This document shows positions 52,627 through 64,000 of a DNA stretch of 64,000 nucleotides, one piece after another (position 1 is the stretch's first letter; every line of letters begins with the position of its first letter). The DNA comes from Octopus vulgaris (taxonomy: Eukaryota): contig OX597824.1 of NCBI GenBank assembly GCA_951406725.2, forward strand, positions 77,562,001-77,626,000. The letters run 5' to 3'. The notes under the pieces are model-generated. The model ran no database searches, had not been told where the DNA came from, and saw nothing but the letters and a program-made list of their open reading frames with translations. A program made the position numbers and the translations under genes.

Positions 52627-52876
52627 GTGAGACAAGTAACATAGATTTCCGCATAGTCTCTCTTTAAAAATTTTAAATACTAGAAATCATTAAATCGTTA
52701 TGTTAATAAATTTCTTAGTAAGAAAATAATTACACGACTTATGGGTTTTATATGGACCTGTCATTTATGTGCACGTAAGTACGTGTGTATGTATGTATGT
52801 ATGTATGTATGCATGTATGTATGTATGTATGTAGCTATGTATGGCTGGATTTGCATTGCCCCAATATAATGACAGG

Positions 52877-52920
<44 letters not shown>

Positions 52921-53012
52921 GTGTGGATAACTTAAGAAATGGAGTCAAAAGCAGGTGTTATTGAAATCAATTATACTTCCAGCATGTTTATATCTATATC
53001 TATCTATCTATT

Positions 53013-53086
<74 letters not shown>

Positions 53087-53255
53087 CAGTATATATATGC
53101 TTATATATATATATATACATACATAAAGAGAGAGAGAGAGAGTGCGAAAGCAACACTTGCATATGTGTGTGTATTTGTGTACATGTGTGTGTGTGTTTGT
53201 GCGTGCTTGTGTATGTATGTATGTATGTATGTATGTATGTATGTATGTATGTATG

Positions 53256-53305
<50 letters not shown>

Positions 53306-53832
53306 AGTATGTATGTATATATATATATATATTAACATAGCAGGAAGTTGAACATTTTTAGTATTATTTATACATCATTCCGTATATTTCGTTTGTTAAT
53401 AGGAATGACAAAGTATATATGTTGTATAAACTTGTAAGAAATTTCCTATTACAAATTTTTCACAGAGAGAGAGAGAGAGAGAGAGTGGGGCAGAGTCAAA
53501 TAATATATTTTTGATCCGCTGTCTGGAGAATTTCTAATAGGATATATTTCTTTCATGTTTTTCCAACGTGTACAACACATTAATTCGCAGTAACAAATGA
53601 AACATCTGTAATGGGGAATAAATAATGCCAAACAATTTTCCAACTTCCTGCTTGGTTATATGATAACTCTGCTGTCAGTATTTTCAGAAGTTTCGACTCG
53701 GATGTGAACCTCACATGAATACAACAATGTTGACAATTACATCCTGAAATGTAACACTGGAATACGCAGATGTGTTTCAAGAGAACACAGCTTAGATTTT
53801 GCCCCACCTACATAGTTTTTGTTAGTTTTACA

Positions 53833-53876
<44 letters not shown>

Positions 53877-54283
53877 CAACAATTGAGGGTAAAATTAATT
53901 AATTATTAATTAATTTCACCAAGTGTTCAGTATGCAAAGGGACCATTTAAGGCGAATTCAAATTATTACAATATATAAAAGGGCTTAGTAAAATAGTAAA
54001 ATAAATTACTTTGCCGCATACTGAACTCATTAGAAATAGCAGCTAAAAAACTTTTTTAAAAACCATTTCTAATACTTAAAGAAAATCTCTCTCATATAGT
54101 GTTTGGTCAACTCAACTCACGAAAGTTTGGGGGTAAAGACATCAAAAAATCAAATGCAAAGGTTATTTGAGAACGTACGTTTCAAGATTAGTCAACACGA
54201 CACTTCTATCATCAGCTCAGAAACTCCTTGGTTTGGATTTGAAAACACTGAAAGTGAGAGCATACCCTTTCGGCTTCTCATCG

Positions 54284-54328
<45 letters not shown>

Positions 54329-54329
54329 C

Positions 54330-54700
<371 letters not shown>

Positions 54701-54734
54701 GCATATATATATATATATGCACATATAAAACTAT

Positions 54735-54895
54735 TATTTTCTCTTCTTGTTTCTTTCTGTGTTCCTTTCTGTGGAAGTGCGTAGGCTCGAAATGTTAAAG
54801 ACTTTTTCACTTCTCGAGCATTATACTAATACATGTGTTTGTTGTCTACACCACCTGTGTTCGTCTTGTTGTTTTTATTTCGTGAATACTCCCGA
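54735..54895 (+). repeat. Non-coding family Y copy with hammerhead-like variant
   Basis: cttt-ctgtggaa-gtgcgtaggctc-gaaa-tgtt-aaag at 54765-54800; flanked by (TA)n. Confidence 0.6.
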
Positions 54896-54900
54896 TGTAT

Positions 54901-54974
<74 letters not shown>

Positions 54975-55146
54975 ACTGAAGGGAAAATGAGGATAAAGAG
55001 ATACGCATACATACGTATGTACACGCATGCATATACACATGCATTCATGCATACATACGTACACACATACATAGGTACACACATGCATGCATACATAAAC
55101 AGATAGCGTGTTTATGTATTATTATGCATAAAGATAATTAAACTAG

Positions 55147-55430
55147 TGGACTCACATGGCCTTGTGGTTAAAGCAACGGACTCGTAGTCTAGGGATCGCA
55201 GGTTCGAATTTCATCCCGGGCGATGTGTGTGTTTATGAGCGAAACACGTAAGCTCCACGCGGCTCCGACAGAAGGGAATGGCGAACTTCTGCTGACTCTT
55301 TCGCCACAACTTTCTCTCACTCTTTCCTCTTACTTCCCGCAGTTAACTTGTCCAGGTGGGGAACCTATACACCAATGAGAGCGGGAAACCGGCCCTTATG
55401 AGCCAGGTATGTCTCAAGAAGGAACAAGCA
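55147..55430 (+). mobile_element. Diverged SINE with D-type head and C-type tail
   Basis: tttatgagcgaaacac.taagctccacg (D) and gggaaaccggcccttatgagccagg (C). Confidence 0.7.
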
Positions 55431-56285
55431 ACATAACATAACTAAACTAAGGAACCGAAGAAGTACTCAATAAAGAGAGAGAATAGCCTACAGGTATTTT
55501 AGAACGTTATAGAGAAAAGAGTTGACAGTAAGTTCGTACCTACACACACACACACACACACACATATAAATATATAGTATGCAGGACGTAATAAAGATCT
55601 TAATAGATATGTTAAAAATCAAGCGATTACTGTACCTGAAGATTCCTATTGTGAAGAAAGACCTTACTCAGGATCAGTCCGACTCACTAGACAAAATTTG
55701 AATTTGCCCAGAAAAGAAGAACTAATCTACATCGTTGGATACAAATGAAATTACTGGTGCTACATCAGCGCTTTGCTTCCGCCAGGAGATGTCCGAACAA
55801 AGTCTAGGGGATTCTTATACCCGGCTGTTTGGTACATCTTGACTCTACTGAGTTCATCTGCCCTTTGAAAATTTCTGCCCCAACAATTTCACACAATTCA
55901 TTGCCTTTGACAAGCATTTTATTTCATTGCCGCCGAAATGGTAAAGGGAGAAAACTGATCTTGTCTCGCTTTGGTCTCTGTCAGAAATCAGGTACAAATG
56001 CCACGACGAAAGCTCATTCGCTATCTATAATTTCCAAATACAGTGATATTGAAGATGCCATAGGCTCAACGTCATTGTACTCCAGATTTATGACTAGATA
56101 TAACCTTCACCTCTTGACATAAATTTCCAGGTTTCCTAAGACTGTATTCAATTTGTCCCCTGTTGCTTGCAATCCGATGAAATTAATGAAATATTTTATT
56201 TATTTCCATATATAAAGGAACATATTCAAATTATTGTACTATGCTGTTTGTTTTGTATCAGCTCTTGCTGATATATATTTGTATG

Positions 56286-56320
<35 letters not shown>

Positions 56321-56392
56321 AATAATAATACTTTAATTGTTCCACGTGTTGTTGTTTTTTCTGTCTTCCCGTTTGGAGTAACCTTATATATC

Positions 56393-56438
<46 letters not shown>

Positions 56439-56521
56439 AGTTATAGTAAGATAACAAAAGAATGAAAGAGACCTCGATGTTATGTAAATCGAGGAATTTT
56501 TCATAGCACTTTTTGCTGGCC

Positions 56522-56585
56522 GATAACTGAAGAGATGCCTGTGCGGTTTTCCGCCCCAACATCTGAAACTCTGGAGTATTATCAT
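56522..56585 (+). ncRNA. Type-I hammerhead ribozyme motif
   Basis: GATAA-CTGAAGA-GATG[..gcgg tttt ccgc..]CATC-t-GAAA-CTC tg GAG-TA-TTATC: stem I, core, stem II, stem III and GUA cleavage triplet all present; one extra nucleotide before GAAA. Confidence 0.72.
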
Positions 56586-56705
56586 GGCTTCTGAATAATT
56601 GTTACATATTAATTTTACAGATATATGTGTGTGCGTGTGCACACGTTGTGTGTGTTGTATGTGTATATATATATGTATACATATATATGCATATACATAT
56701 GTGTA

Positions 56706-56744
<39 letters not shown>

Positions 56745-56847
56745 TATATATATATATATACCGGAGTAAGCACATAAATGTGAAACAAGGTAGAAAAAAG
56801 AATACTCAAATACCAGAGGTAGAGTAATATATGCTTTATTTAAAGGC

Positions 56848-57134
56848 AGCAGAAATATAACAAAAGCTGTTACTCAGAGTTTCACGTTCCCGTTCGTCGG
56901 ACAGTTTCGTTAAAATAGAACAGAAATAGCAATATGATCAAAACTAGTTTAAAGGATACACCTTTAAAAATGGATTTGTTTCATTGGTCCGTTATTTGAA
57001 AGGACCTATGAAACAAATCCATTTTTAAATGTGTATTCTTTAACTAGTTTTGATCATATCATTACTTCTGTTCTATTTTAACAAAACTCTCCGACGAACG
57101 GGAACGTGAAACTCTGAGCTTTGTTATATTTCTG

Positions 57135-57136
<2 letters not shown>
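56848..57136. repeat. Long imperfect palindrome (~140-bp arms, 11-nt loop) in an element between (TA)n tracts
   Basis: 56848-56990 is the reverse complement of 57002-57136. Confidence 0.93.
56867..56904 (-). ncRNA. Minimal type-I hammerhead ribozyme motif (U4C variant)
   Basis: Minus strand CTGT-CCGACGA-ACG GGAA CGT-GAAA-CTC T GAG-TA-ACAG. Confidence 0.62.
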
Positions 57137-57202
<66 letters not shown>

Positions 57203-57203
<1 letters not shown>

Positions 57204-57478
57204 GAGATGTAACGTGGATGTCTTCAAAAAGGAACTAAATATTCTCCTCTCCGGATGAACCAACGGTTCAGCATAAAGTAGAAATAAGGGCAGCGGTTTC
57301 AAACTGCCTCGTGCACCAAATGGGCCAACAAACAAGGCAAAGGCATATACAGGAATACTGATATGAAATCCCACCACTCTCAAGAAATTAGCCAAAGAAG
57401 ATATTCGCACGTAAAAGTGAAAAATCACGATTGTGCTTGAGCATAACCGCAGCCGCATGTCTGAAACGAATAAAATAT
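57203..57478 (+). mobile_element. CR1-like LINE extreme 3' end
   Basis: CNVDVFKKELNILL..PDEPT..RAAVSNCLVHQ, then a UTR ending gtgcttgagcataaccgcagccgcatgtctgaaacgaataaaat. Confidence 0.65.
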
Positions 57479-57845
57479 AATATATATATATATATATAAA
57501 TATATATATCTGGTCGGTGTGTATGTATCACCATTTGCTATTGCCAAAATTGTACACTATATCATTTTAGCTATACTAAATTTAATTTATTTTCATCTCA
57601 TAATTACTAAATGTGAGTTTGTAAATGACTCCAGCATGTATTGAAGTTGCACTCATAAAAATCGCAGTTTTTACCCATCAAAGACACTTTGACATAACTT
57701 TCACTGAACGCGTGGTAAAAGTACTAAAATTCTATTTATTTTACTATAAATGTCCTTGACAAGCTAGTTTTATGTAATTGCGCATGCGATACGCCGGCAT
57801 ATACAGCAGAAACACATATACGTTTGTACATAAATTCACACACAT

Positions 57846-57920
57846 ATGAGTGGGCACTGAAATGTTCCTAGCTCTGGGTAAAACAAACTACAGGAGTATC
57901 AGTTAATTATGATTTTATTC
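57846..57920. mobile_element. Mariner-like terminal fragment
   Basis: tatgagtgggcactgaaatgttcct resembles cgaggtggaggctgaaaagttcct at 37021-37045 and mariner TIRs. Confidence 0.4.
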
Positions 57921-58039
57921 ACCATATTCCCATCTCAGATTTACGGACGTATTTGCATGTATAAATGCGTGTATAAATATATATATATATACATACATAC
58001 ATACATATACATTTATATATATATATGTATATATACATA

Positions 58040-58633
58040 TGTAGTGACCCTATAGCGGTGCGCGCTCCCGCACCGTCCATTTGTATTTCGCGCGTGTTGG
58101 TGCCTTTACCAAGGCACAGAAAGGAAGGGCCCTCTCGCGCATGCGCGAACCACCGGAAGCACGACCCTGGCCAAGGCAGGGGGATCGTAGAACGTTTGAC
58201 CACTAGCAGCAGCAAGCGGCGACTTGGGACCCAGCGATTGAAGGCGGCGGTCAGGCATATTTTCTCTCCGTTCGAACTGATTCTTGCAGTCCTTTGGCCG
58301 AAGACTTTTAACCAAAATTGTTGCAGACCAACATCGTCTCCATTGTTCGACGCCATCTTGAATCCGTTCTGTTTTAGCGGCTGGACATTGTAAATATTAC
58401 AATCGATTAACTTTCAGCCTTGCGCGCCCAGAACCAAGGACATCAGAAAACACACTTATTGTTATTGTTACCAAGAAAGAGAATAAAGTAGTTATATGTA
58501 TATTTTACGTCTGCGTCTTGTTGTTTCTGACGGGCAGAGATTCTGGATTATTAAAGCAACGGCTAGTGAGTGATTGCTTTCTTGTACCCCGAAAGTACAA
58601 GACAAGATATTCACTCACACACTAAGTTCGTTT

Positions 58634-58637
<4 letters not shown>
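58040..58637 (+). mobile_element. Probable solo LTR
   Basis: ~600 bp, TGTAG...TTCACA (TG..CA) termini, GC-rich 5' part, internal aataaa near 58482, inserted in (TA)n. Confidence 0.65.
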
Positions 58638-58702
<65 letters not shown>

Positions 58703-58747
58703 GTATATATATGTATATATTTAAATATATGTATATATGTATGTATC

Positions 58748-58808
<61 letters not shown>

Positions 58809-59047
58809 GTATATATATATATATGTATATATACATATATATGTGCGTGTGTTTTACAACAAAGACCATTTTATGATGTTTTAATATCGTACTTACACAT
58901 GTATCATTACAACGTGGCTAAAATATTTTATGATTATAGATTTGAAAATTAATAATAATATGCATGGAATAAATTCCTAATAAAATGTAGTTACATACAT
59001 TTAGATCTTTTTCCATGTGTAAATATTCAGTCATAGTCTCAAAATAA

Positions 59048-60280
59048 TTGGGTCATCCCATAAATAATGCGGTTGTTTTGTACTTTTAAAATGTAACATA
59101 AACGAAGTTCATTTTTAATCTCTCTTTCATTTTCTACAATACTCTTTCATCTATCTGCTAGACTTGCAAGGCTCCTCCTCCAAAATTCAATTGTCCTTGA
59201 CAAAAAATACTCCTCCGGTACTGTTCTGACCTCGTCTACAGAATTCATATTTTTACCGTCCAAATGATTTTGAAGACTGCAGAAGAAATGATAATCAGAT
59301 GGAGCAATGTCCGGCAAATATGGTGGGTGGGGATATCGTTTCCCATTAAAACTGCTCCAGTATTTGGAATGTTATCCACACTGTATGTTTCCGGGCATTA
59401 TTCTCATGGAAGAACACCTTTCATTTTGAAACCAAAGATGGTCGTTTTTCTTCTAGTGCTGACATAAGCCGCTCAAGCTGCTCGCAGTAGATCTTCTTTG
59501 TTATCATTTGGTTTGGGCTTAAAAGTTCAAAGTGGACCAAACCTTTCATATCCCACCGAACAGATAGCATCACCTTACCTGGGGTGGGTGAAGATCTTTA
59601 GCTTGGGGTACCGGTGTTTCTCCTTTCGCTACCCACTGCCTTCGTCGCTTGACATTTTTATAGAGAACCCATTCCTCGTCACCAGTCACAATTCGGTCCA
59701 TTCGTGAGGCATGACAGTAATGAAAAGCTAGACACGGAAAGTTTGTGAGGAACTCATTGACCCAATTTTCTGACTTTTCCGATGGCACGCGGGTATCGAT
59801 GAATGATCGAATGGCCAAATCCAATCTTCTCCGCTAGTTTCTCAACAGTTACGATGAGATTTTGTTCCACCAGGGTTTTCAGGATGTCCCCTTCGAGCTC
59901 TACAGATCTTCCAAGACGAGGCTCGTCTTCTATGATGTAGTTTCCAGCTCGGAATTTCTGGAACCACCATTGAAATTTGCTTACTCTTATTGTCCGATCC
60001 CCATATATTTCAGTAATATTCCTCGTACTTTTCGTTGCGTTGTTGTCTTTATTGAACTCATAAAGCAAAATATGCCGAATATGCTCCTTTGTTACTTCCA
60101 TTATGTCTTTGAAAAAATATCTTGAAATTAAACTGCACTTTTCAAAACTTGAAATAAGAATAAGTATAAGGTAAAATTACAACCTGCTTTTACAAAAAGT
60201 CGATGCAGGTAGTTTATCCAGTCTCTCTCCGACTTTTACTTCATGCAATTGAAAAAAACCGCATTATTTACAGGTTTAAT
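59048..60280 (-). mobile_element. Mariner DNA transposon, near full length, decayed
   Basis: MEVTKEHIRHILLYEFNK..WFQKFRAG..EDEPRLGRS, DRIVTGDEEWVLY; TIR remnants taaataatgcggtt / aaccgcattattta. Confidence 0.9.
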
Positions 60281-60324
60281 ATAATATAAAGTACAACTAC
60301 TACTACTAGATATAAATGGTATCA

Positions 60325-60442
60325 AATTGTGGTACAAGTCCAGAAATTTCGGGGAGGAGATGAGTCGATTACATTGACCTTCAGTGTTCAACTGACACTT
60401 ATTTTATCCTTCCAGAAAGAATGACAGGCAAAATCGACACCT
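60325..60442 (-). mobile_element. Diverged SINE family A fragment
   Basis: gtcgattacattgacc...agaatgacaggcaaaatcgac. Confidence 0.6.
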
Positions 60443-60481
60443 TAATAATAATAATGAGGATGATGATGATGATGATGGTGT

Positions 60482-60518
<37 letters not shown>

Positions 60519-60545
60519 AGTAATAGTAATAATAATAATAATGAT

Positions 60546-60611
<66 letters not shown>

Positions 60612-60710
60612 AATGAATAATAATAAATAATAAATAATAATAAATAATTTATTATTATTTATTATTATTTATAATTTATTTATTATTAAAATAAATAATA
60701 AATAATAATA

Positions 60711-61268
60711 AATGCCCTGATGCAGTACCAGGCAGTGGCTTGCATGGCTTCTGATCTTAACTGATTGGAAGTGTTATCATGTACATTGTTTTGTCTTGGT
60801 ATAAAAGATGGGCTACAGCAAATATTCTGCTCAATACCACAGATTTGCTTGTCAGTTGTTTGACCTTAACCAGTTGAGCATGTCCCTTAGTGGCTGACGA
60901 TATGTGCATCTCTGATCACGAGCAGAAGTAGTGGGGGAGCATCATAGCCATGTGTTGAGAGGGATTCTTTGAGGGTTTGAATAATTCACCTCTGGAAACA
61001 TGGGTGGTTCTTTCAACATCCTTAAACAACCCTTATTCAGGGAACTTTTGAGCGGGATGGGCTACTCAACCTGAAGAAAATTCTAACTGGGCCCCACCTG
61101 CAAGGTCATGTGCTGTTTATCTTGATATGAGATCACCATGTCGCGCACATATGGTTGTGATGCATGTGCCTGGTGTACCTTTATCAGACGGGTAGTCATG
61201 ATGGGTATATTAGGCTTCGTATATTTTACCCCAGTGTCACTTTGATGGCATGCACTGCTCTCTCACTC

Positions 61269-61270
<2 letters not shown>
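60711..61270 (+). mobile_element. ~560-bp non-coding element in (TAA)n
   Basis: aatgccctgatgcagtacc...ctctctcactcaa(taa)n; second copy at 24559-25047. Confidence 0.85.
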
Positions 61271-61302
<32 letters not shown>

Positions 61303-61304
61303 GT

Positions 61305-64000
61305 AATTACAAAAAGAAGCTGGATACTCACTCAAACCCATCCAAACAGGAGTACCACCACCCAAACAAACCCTGTGGATAAATAACATCTAAAACAAAA
61401 TACAAAAAATGAGAAAAGATCTGTCGATTCTTAATGAAATCAGTAGACAATCAACGCTACTGAGCAACAAAAAGAAAACAAAAATACTCCGCAAATACAA
61501 CACTACAGAAAAAGATTTACCTGAGATAAAAGAAAAGCTAATGCAAGATATCCTTGCCAAAGCACAAAGGATCCGCCGGTACGAGAAACGCCAACGTTTC
61601 TTTGAACAAAACAAACAGTTCAACTCCAACCCCAAAAAGTTCTACCAAGAACTTGGCAAAAATAAAATAGAAATCACTGCAGCACCAACGGCAGAAGAAG
61701 TGGAAGAATTCTGGAGAGAAATATGGTCGGCGGACGAACAACAAAAAAAGGAGTATTAAAACAACAAACTCAGCATCTGAGCAACTTTGGACCCCCATAA
61801 CAACTGAAGAGGTCACCCAGGCACTGCAAAGTCTAAGCAACTGGAAGGCACCTGTGCATGACAAGATCCCCAACTTCTGGCTGAAATATCTAACAGGAAT
61901 GCACAAAAAGCTGGCTAAAAATTTTAACAACATACTGGCAGTGCCAGAGACAATGCCTGAATGGCTCACGAAGGGGAAAACCATCTTAATTCCCAAATCA
62001 AATGAGACAGCAAAACCAGAAAACTACAGACCTATAACCTGTCTCCCTACAATGTACAAAGCATTTACTACAGTAATATCGCAAAGATTGAACAAGCACC
62101 TGGACGAAAACAACCTGTTTCCAGAAGAGCAGAAAGGATGCCGCAAAGGCTCATATGGCTGTAAAGATCAACTAATGATCAATAAAGCTATAACTGAAGA
62201 CAGCCACAGAAAGACGAAAGGCCTCAGTATGGCCTGGATCGACTACAAAAAGGCGTTTGATAGCATCCCCCACACATGGATTCTAGAAACACTAACCATG
62301 AACAAAGTTGCACCAACAATTATAAAGTACATAGGACACTCTATGAATAAATGGCAAACAGTGTTACAGCTGGGACTCATGAAAACCAAAGCCATCCCCA
62401 TTAGAAGAGGAATATTCCAGGGAGATACGCTCTCTCCACTCCTTTTCTGCTTGGCACTGTCACCTCTATCTGATATTCTAAATAGAACTGGATGCGGATA
62501 TAAATGTTACGGCAAAACGATCGGCCACCTTCTATATATGGATGACCTAAAACTATACGCTACAAATGACAAACAGCTGGAAACACTACTAAAGGCAGTT
62601 CATGGATTTATCAAAGAAATAGATATGAAATTTAGATTAGAGAAATGCGCCAAAGTAACCCTGAAAAGAGGAAAATTAATTAAGAGTAGCAACATCACGC
62701 TAGATAAAACCAATGAAATAAAAGAATTATACCAAAGCCATACTTACAAATACTTAGGAATCCATGAACTAGATAAGACACAACACACACAAATGAAAGA
62801 GAAAATAAAAAAAGAATATTATAGACGAGTTAGATCAATACTGAAAACAGAGCTCAATGCTAAAAACAAGATAATAGGTATCAACACTTTAGCCGTCTCA
62901 GTTATAAGTTACAGCTACAATATCCTTAACTGGACACTAAATGAACTGACCAGAATAGATTGGAAAACAAGAAAAATAATGACAGGATCTAAGAAGCAAC
63001 ACCCAATATCTGACATAGAAAGGCTATATATACAACGTATAGATGGTGGTAGAGGCCTTATACAGCTGGAAAACTACTATAAAATAACCACCATAGGACT
63101 GCAAAAATATTTACTTCAGAAGGAAGGAAAACTGATACAAATAGCGGCAAAACACGAGCAAAACAAAAAACTGTTCTCAGTATTTAAGGAAGCTGACAAA
63201 TACAAACAAGAAATCATACCACCTAACAAATATGAAGAAGAAGAAGAAGAATATGAAGAAACAACAAAAGCTATAAAACAAATGAAATCCAAACTAAAAA
63301 CAGAACAGCAACGAACCATGATAAAACTATGGCAAGAAAAGCCCCTTCATGGCAAATACTGGACTAAACTAAATGCAAAAGAAATAGACAAAGAAAAATC
63401 CCAGCAATGGTTGAGAAGCTCAGGACTCAAAGCAGAGACAGAAGGATTTTTAATTGCAGCACAAGACCAAAGCCTCCTCACCAGAAATTACCAAAAACAT
63501 GTAATGAAAAGAAATATAACAAGTAACTGCAGAATATGTGGAGATGGACAAGAAACAATAAATCATATTATCTCTGGCTGCCCAGTCCTGGCTAAGAAGG
63601 AATATATTCACAGACACGACAGAGTTGGGACATATATACACTGGAAACTATGCCAACATTATGAAATAACAAGAGAAAAGATGGTATAGGCACACACCAG
63701 AAAAGGTCACAGAAAACGAGAAAGCAACCATACTCTGGGATATGCCAATACACACAGATAGAGAAATTAAGGCCAACAGACCAGATATAGTTGTCACACA
63801 TCATGAAGAAAAAAAATGTTTTCTAATTGATGTATCAATACCAGCGGATGACAACGTGTCTCTAAAAGAAATGGAGAAACTTTCAAAATACAAAGACCTG
63901 GAAATAGAGGTAACCAGAATGTGGAATCTAAAAACAGAAACAATTCCTATCATAATAGGCATGATAAAAAAATATTCAGACAAATACATAACAAAAACAC
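61305..64000 (+). mobile_element. R4/Dong-type non-LTR retrotransposon (RT, CCHC, restriction-like endonuclease), 5'-truncated, runs off window
   Basis: YRPITCL, EEQKG, WIDYKKAFDSIPH, GIFQGDTLSPLLF, YMDDLKLY, CRICGDGQETINHIISGC, RHD, RPDIV, IDVSIP, KYKDL; begins directly after (TAA)n. Confidence 0.93.
61854..63689 (+). pseudogene. Reverse transcriptase ORF segment of the R4/Dong-type element (611 aa open; frameshifts either side)
   Basis: ORF track plus RT motifs; upstream part 61409-61759 and downstream RLE part lie in other frames. Confidence 0.88.

Noticed and set aside
55600-56170. Possible LINE endonuclease relic on the minus strand (GQIEYSL..EVKVI)
   Set aside because: Too degenerate, with many stops and a single weak motif
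60711-60780. Resemblance to U2 snRNA (tgcagtacc)
   Set aside because: Only a 9-nt match; no other U2 features

Overview
Eukaryotic, AT-rich, repeat-saturated non-genic (intronic or intergenic) DNA. The repeat content (very dense (TA)n/(CA)n/(GATA)n/(TAA)n microsatellites and four tRNA-derived SINE families) suggests a coleoid cephalopod, probably Octopus; this is an inference. No intact host gene is visible, only one candidate micro-exon at 52581-52626. Almost all ORFs in the supplied track are microsatellite or SINE artefacts. Recognisable coding relics are all from transposons: four mariner copies, one maT/DD37D-like element, a Penelope RT plus GIY-YIG element, an R4/Dong-type RLE LINE, RTE and CR1-like 3' ends, a solo LTR and a Helitron-like non-autonomous element. 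Two signals stand out. (1) Several short non-coding elements sit between (TA)n tracts, arranged as direct repeats or fold-back palindromes, and some carry minimal type-I hammerhead ribozyme motifs (best at 56522-56585 + and 56867-56904 -), suggesting a Penelope-pLTR/retrozyme-like system. (2) A 2.3-kb ORF1-only L1/Tx1-like element with a perfect 15-bp TSD is inserted in the tRNA head of a SINE. SINE family letters A-D are my own labels. Coordinates were read by eye and may be off by a few bases.
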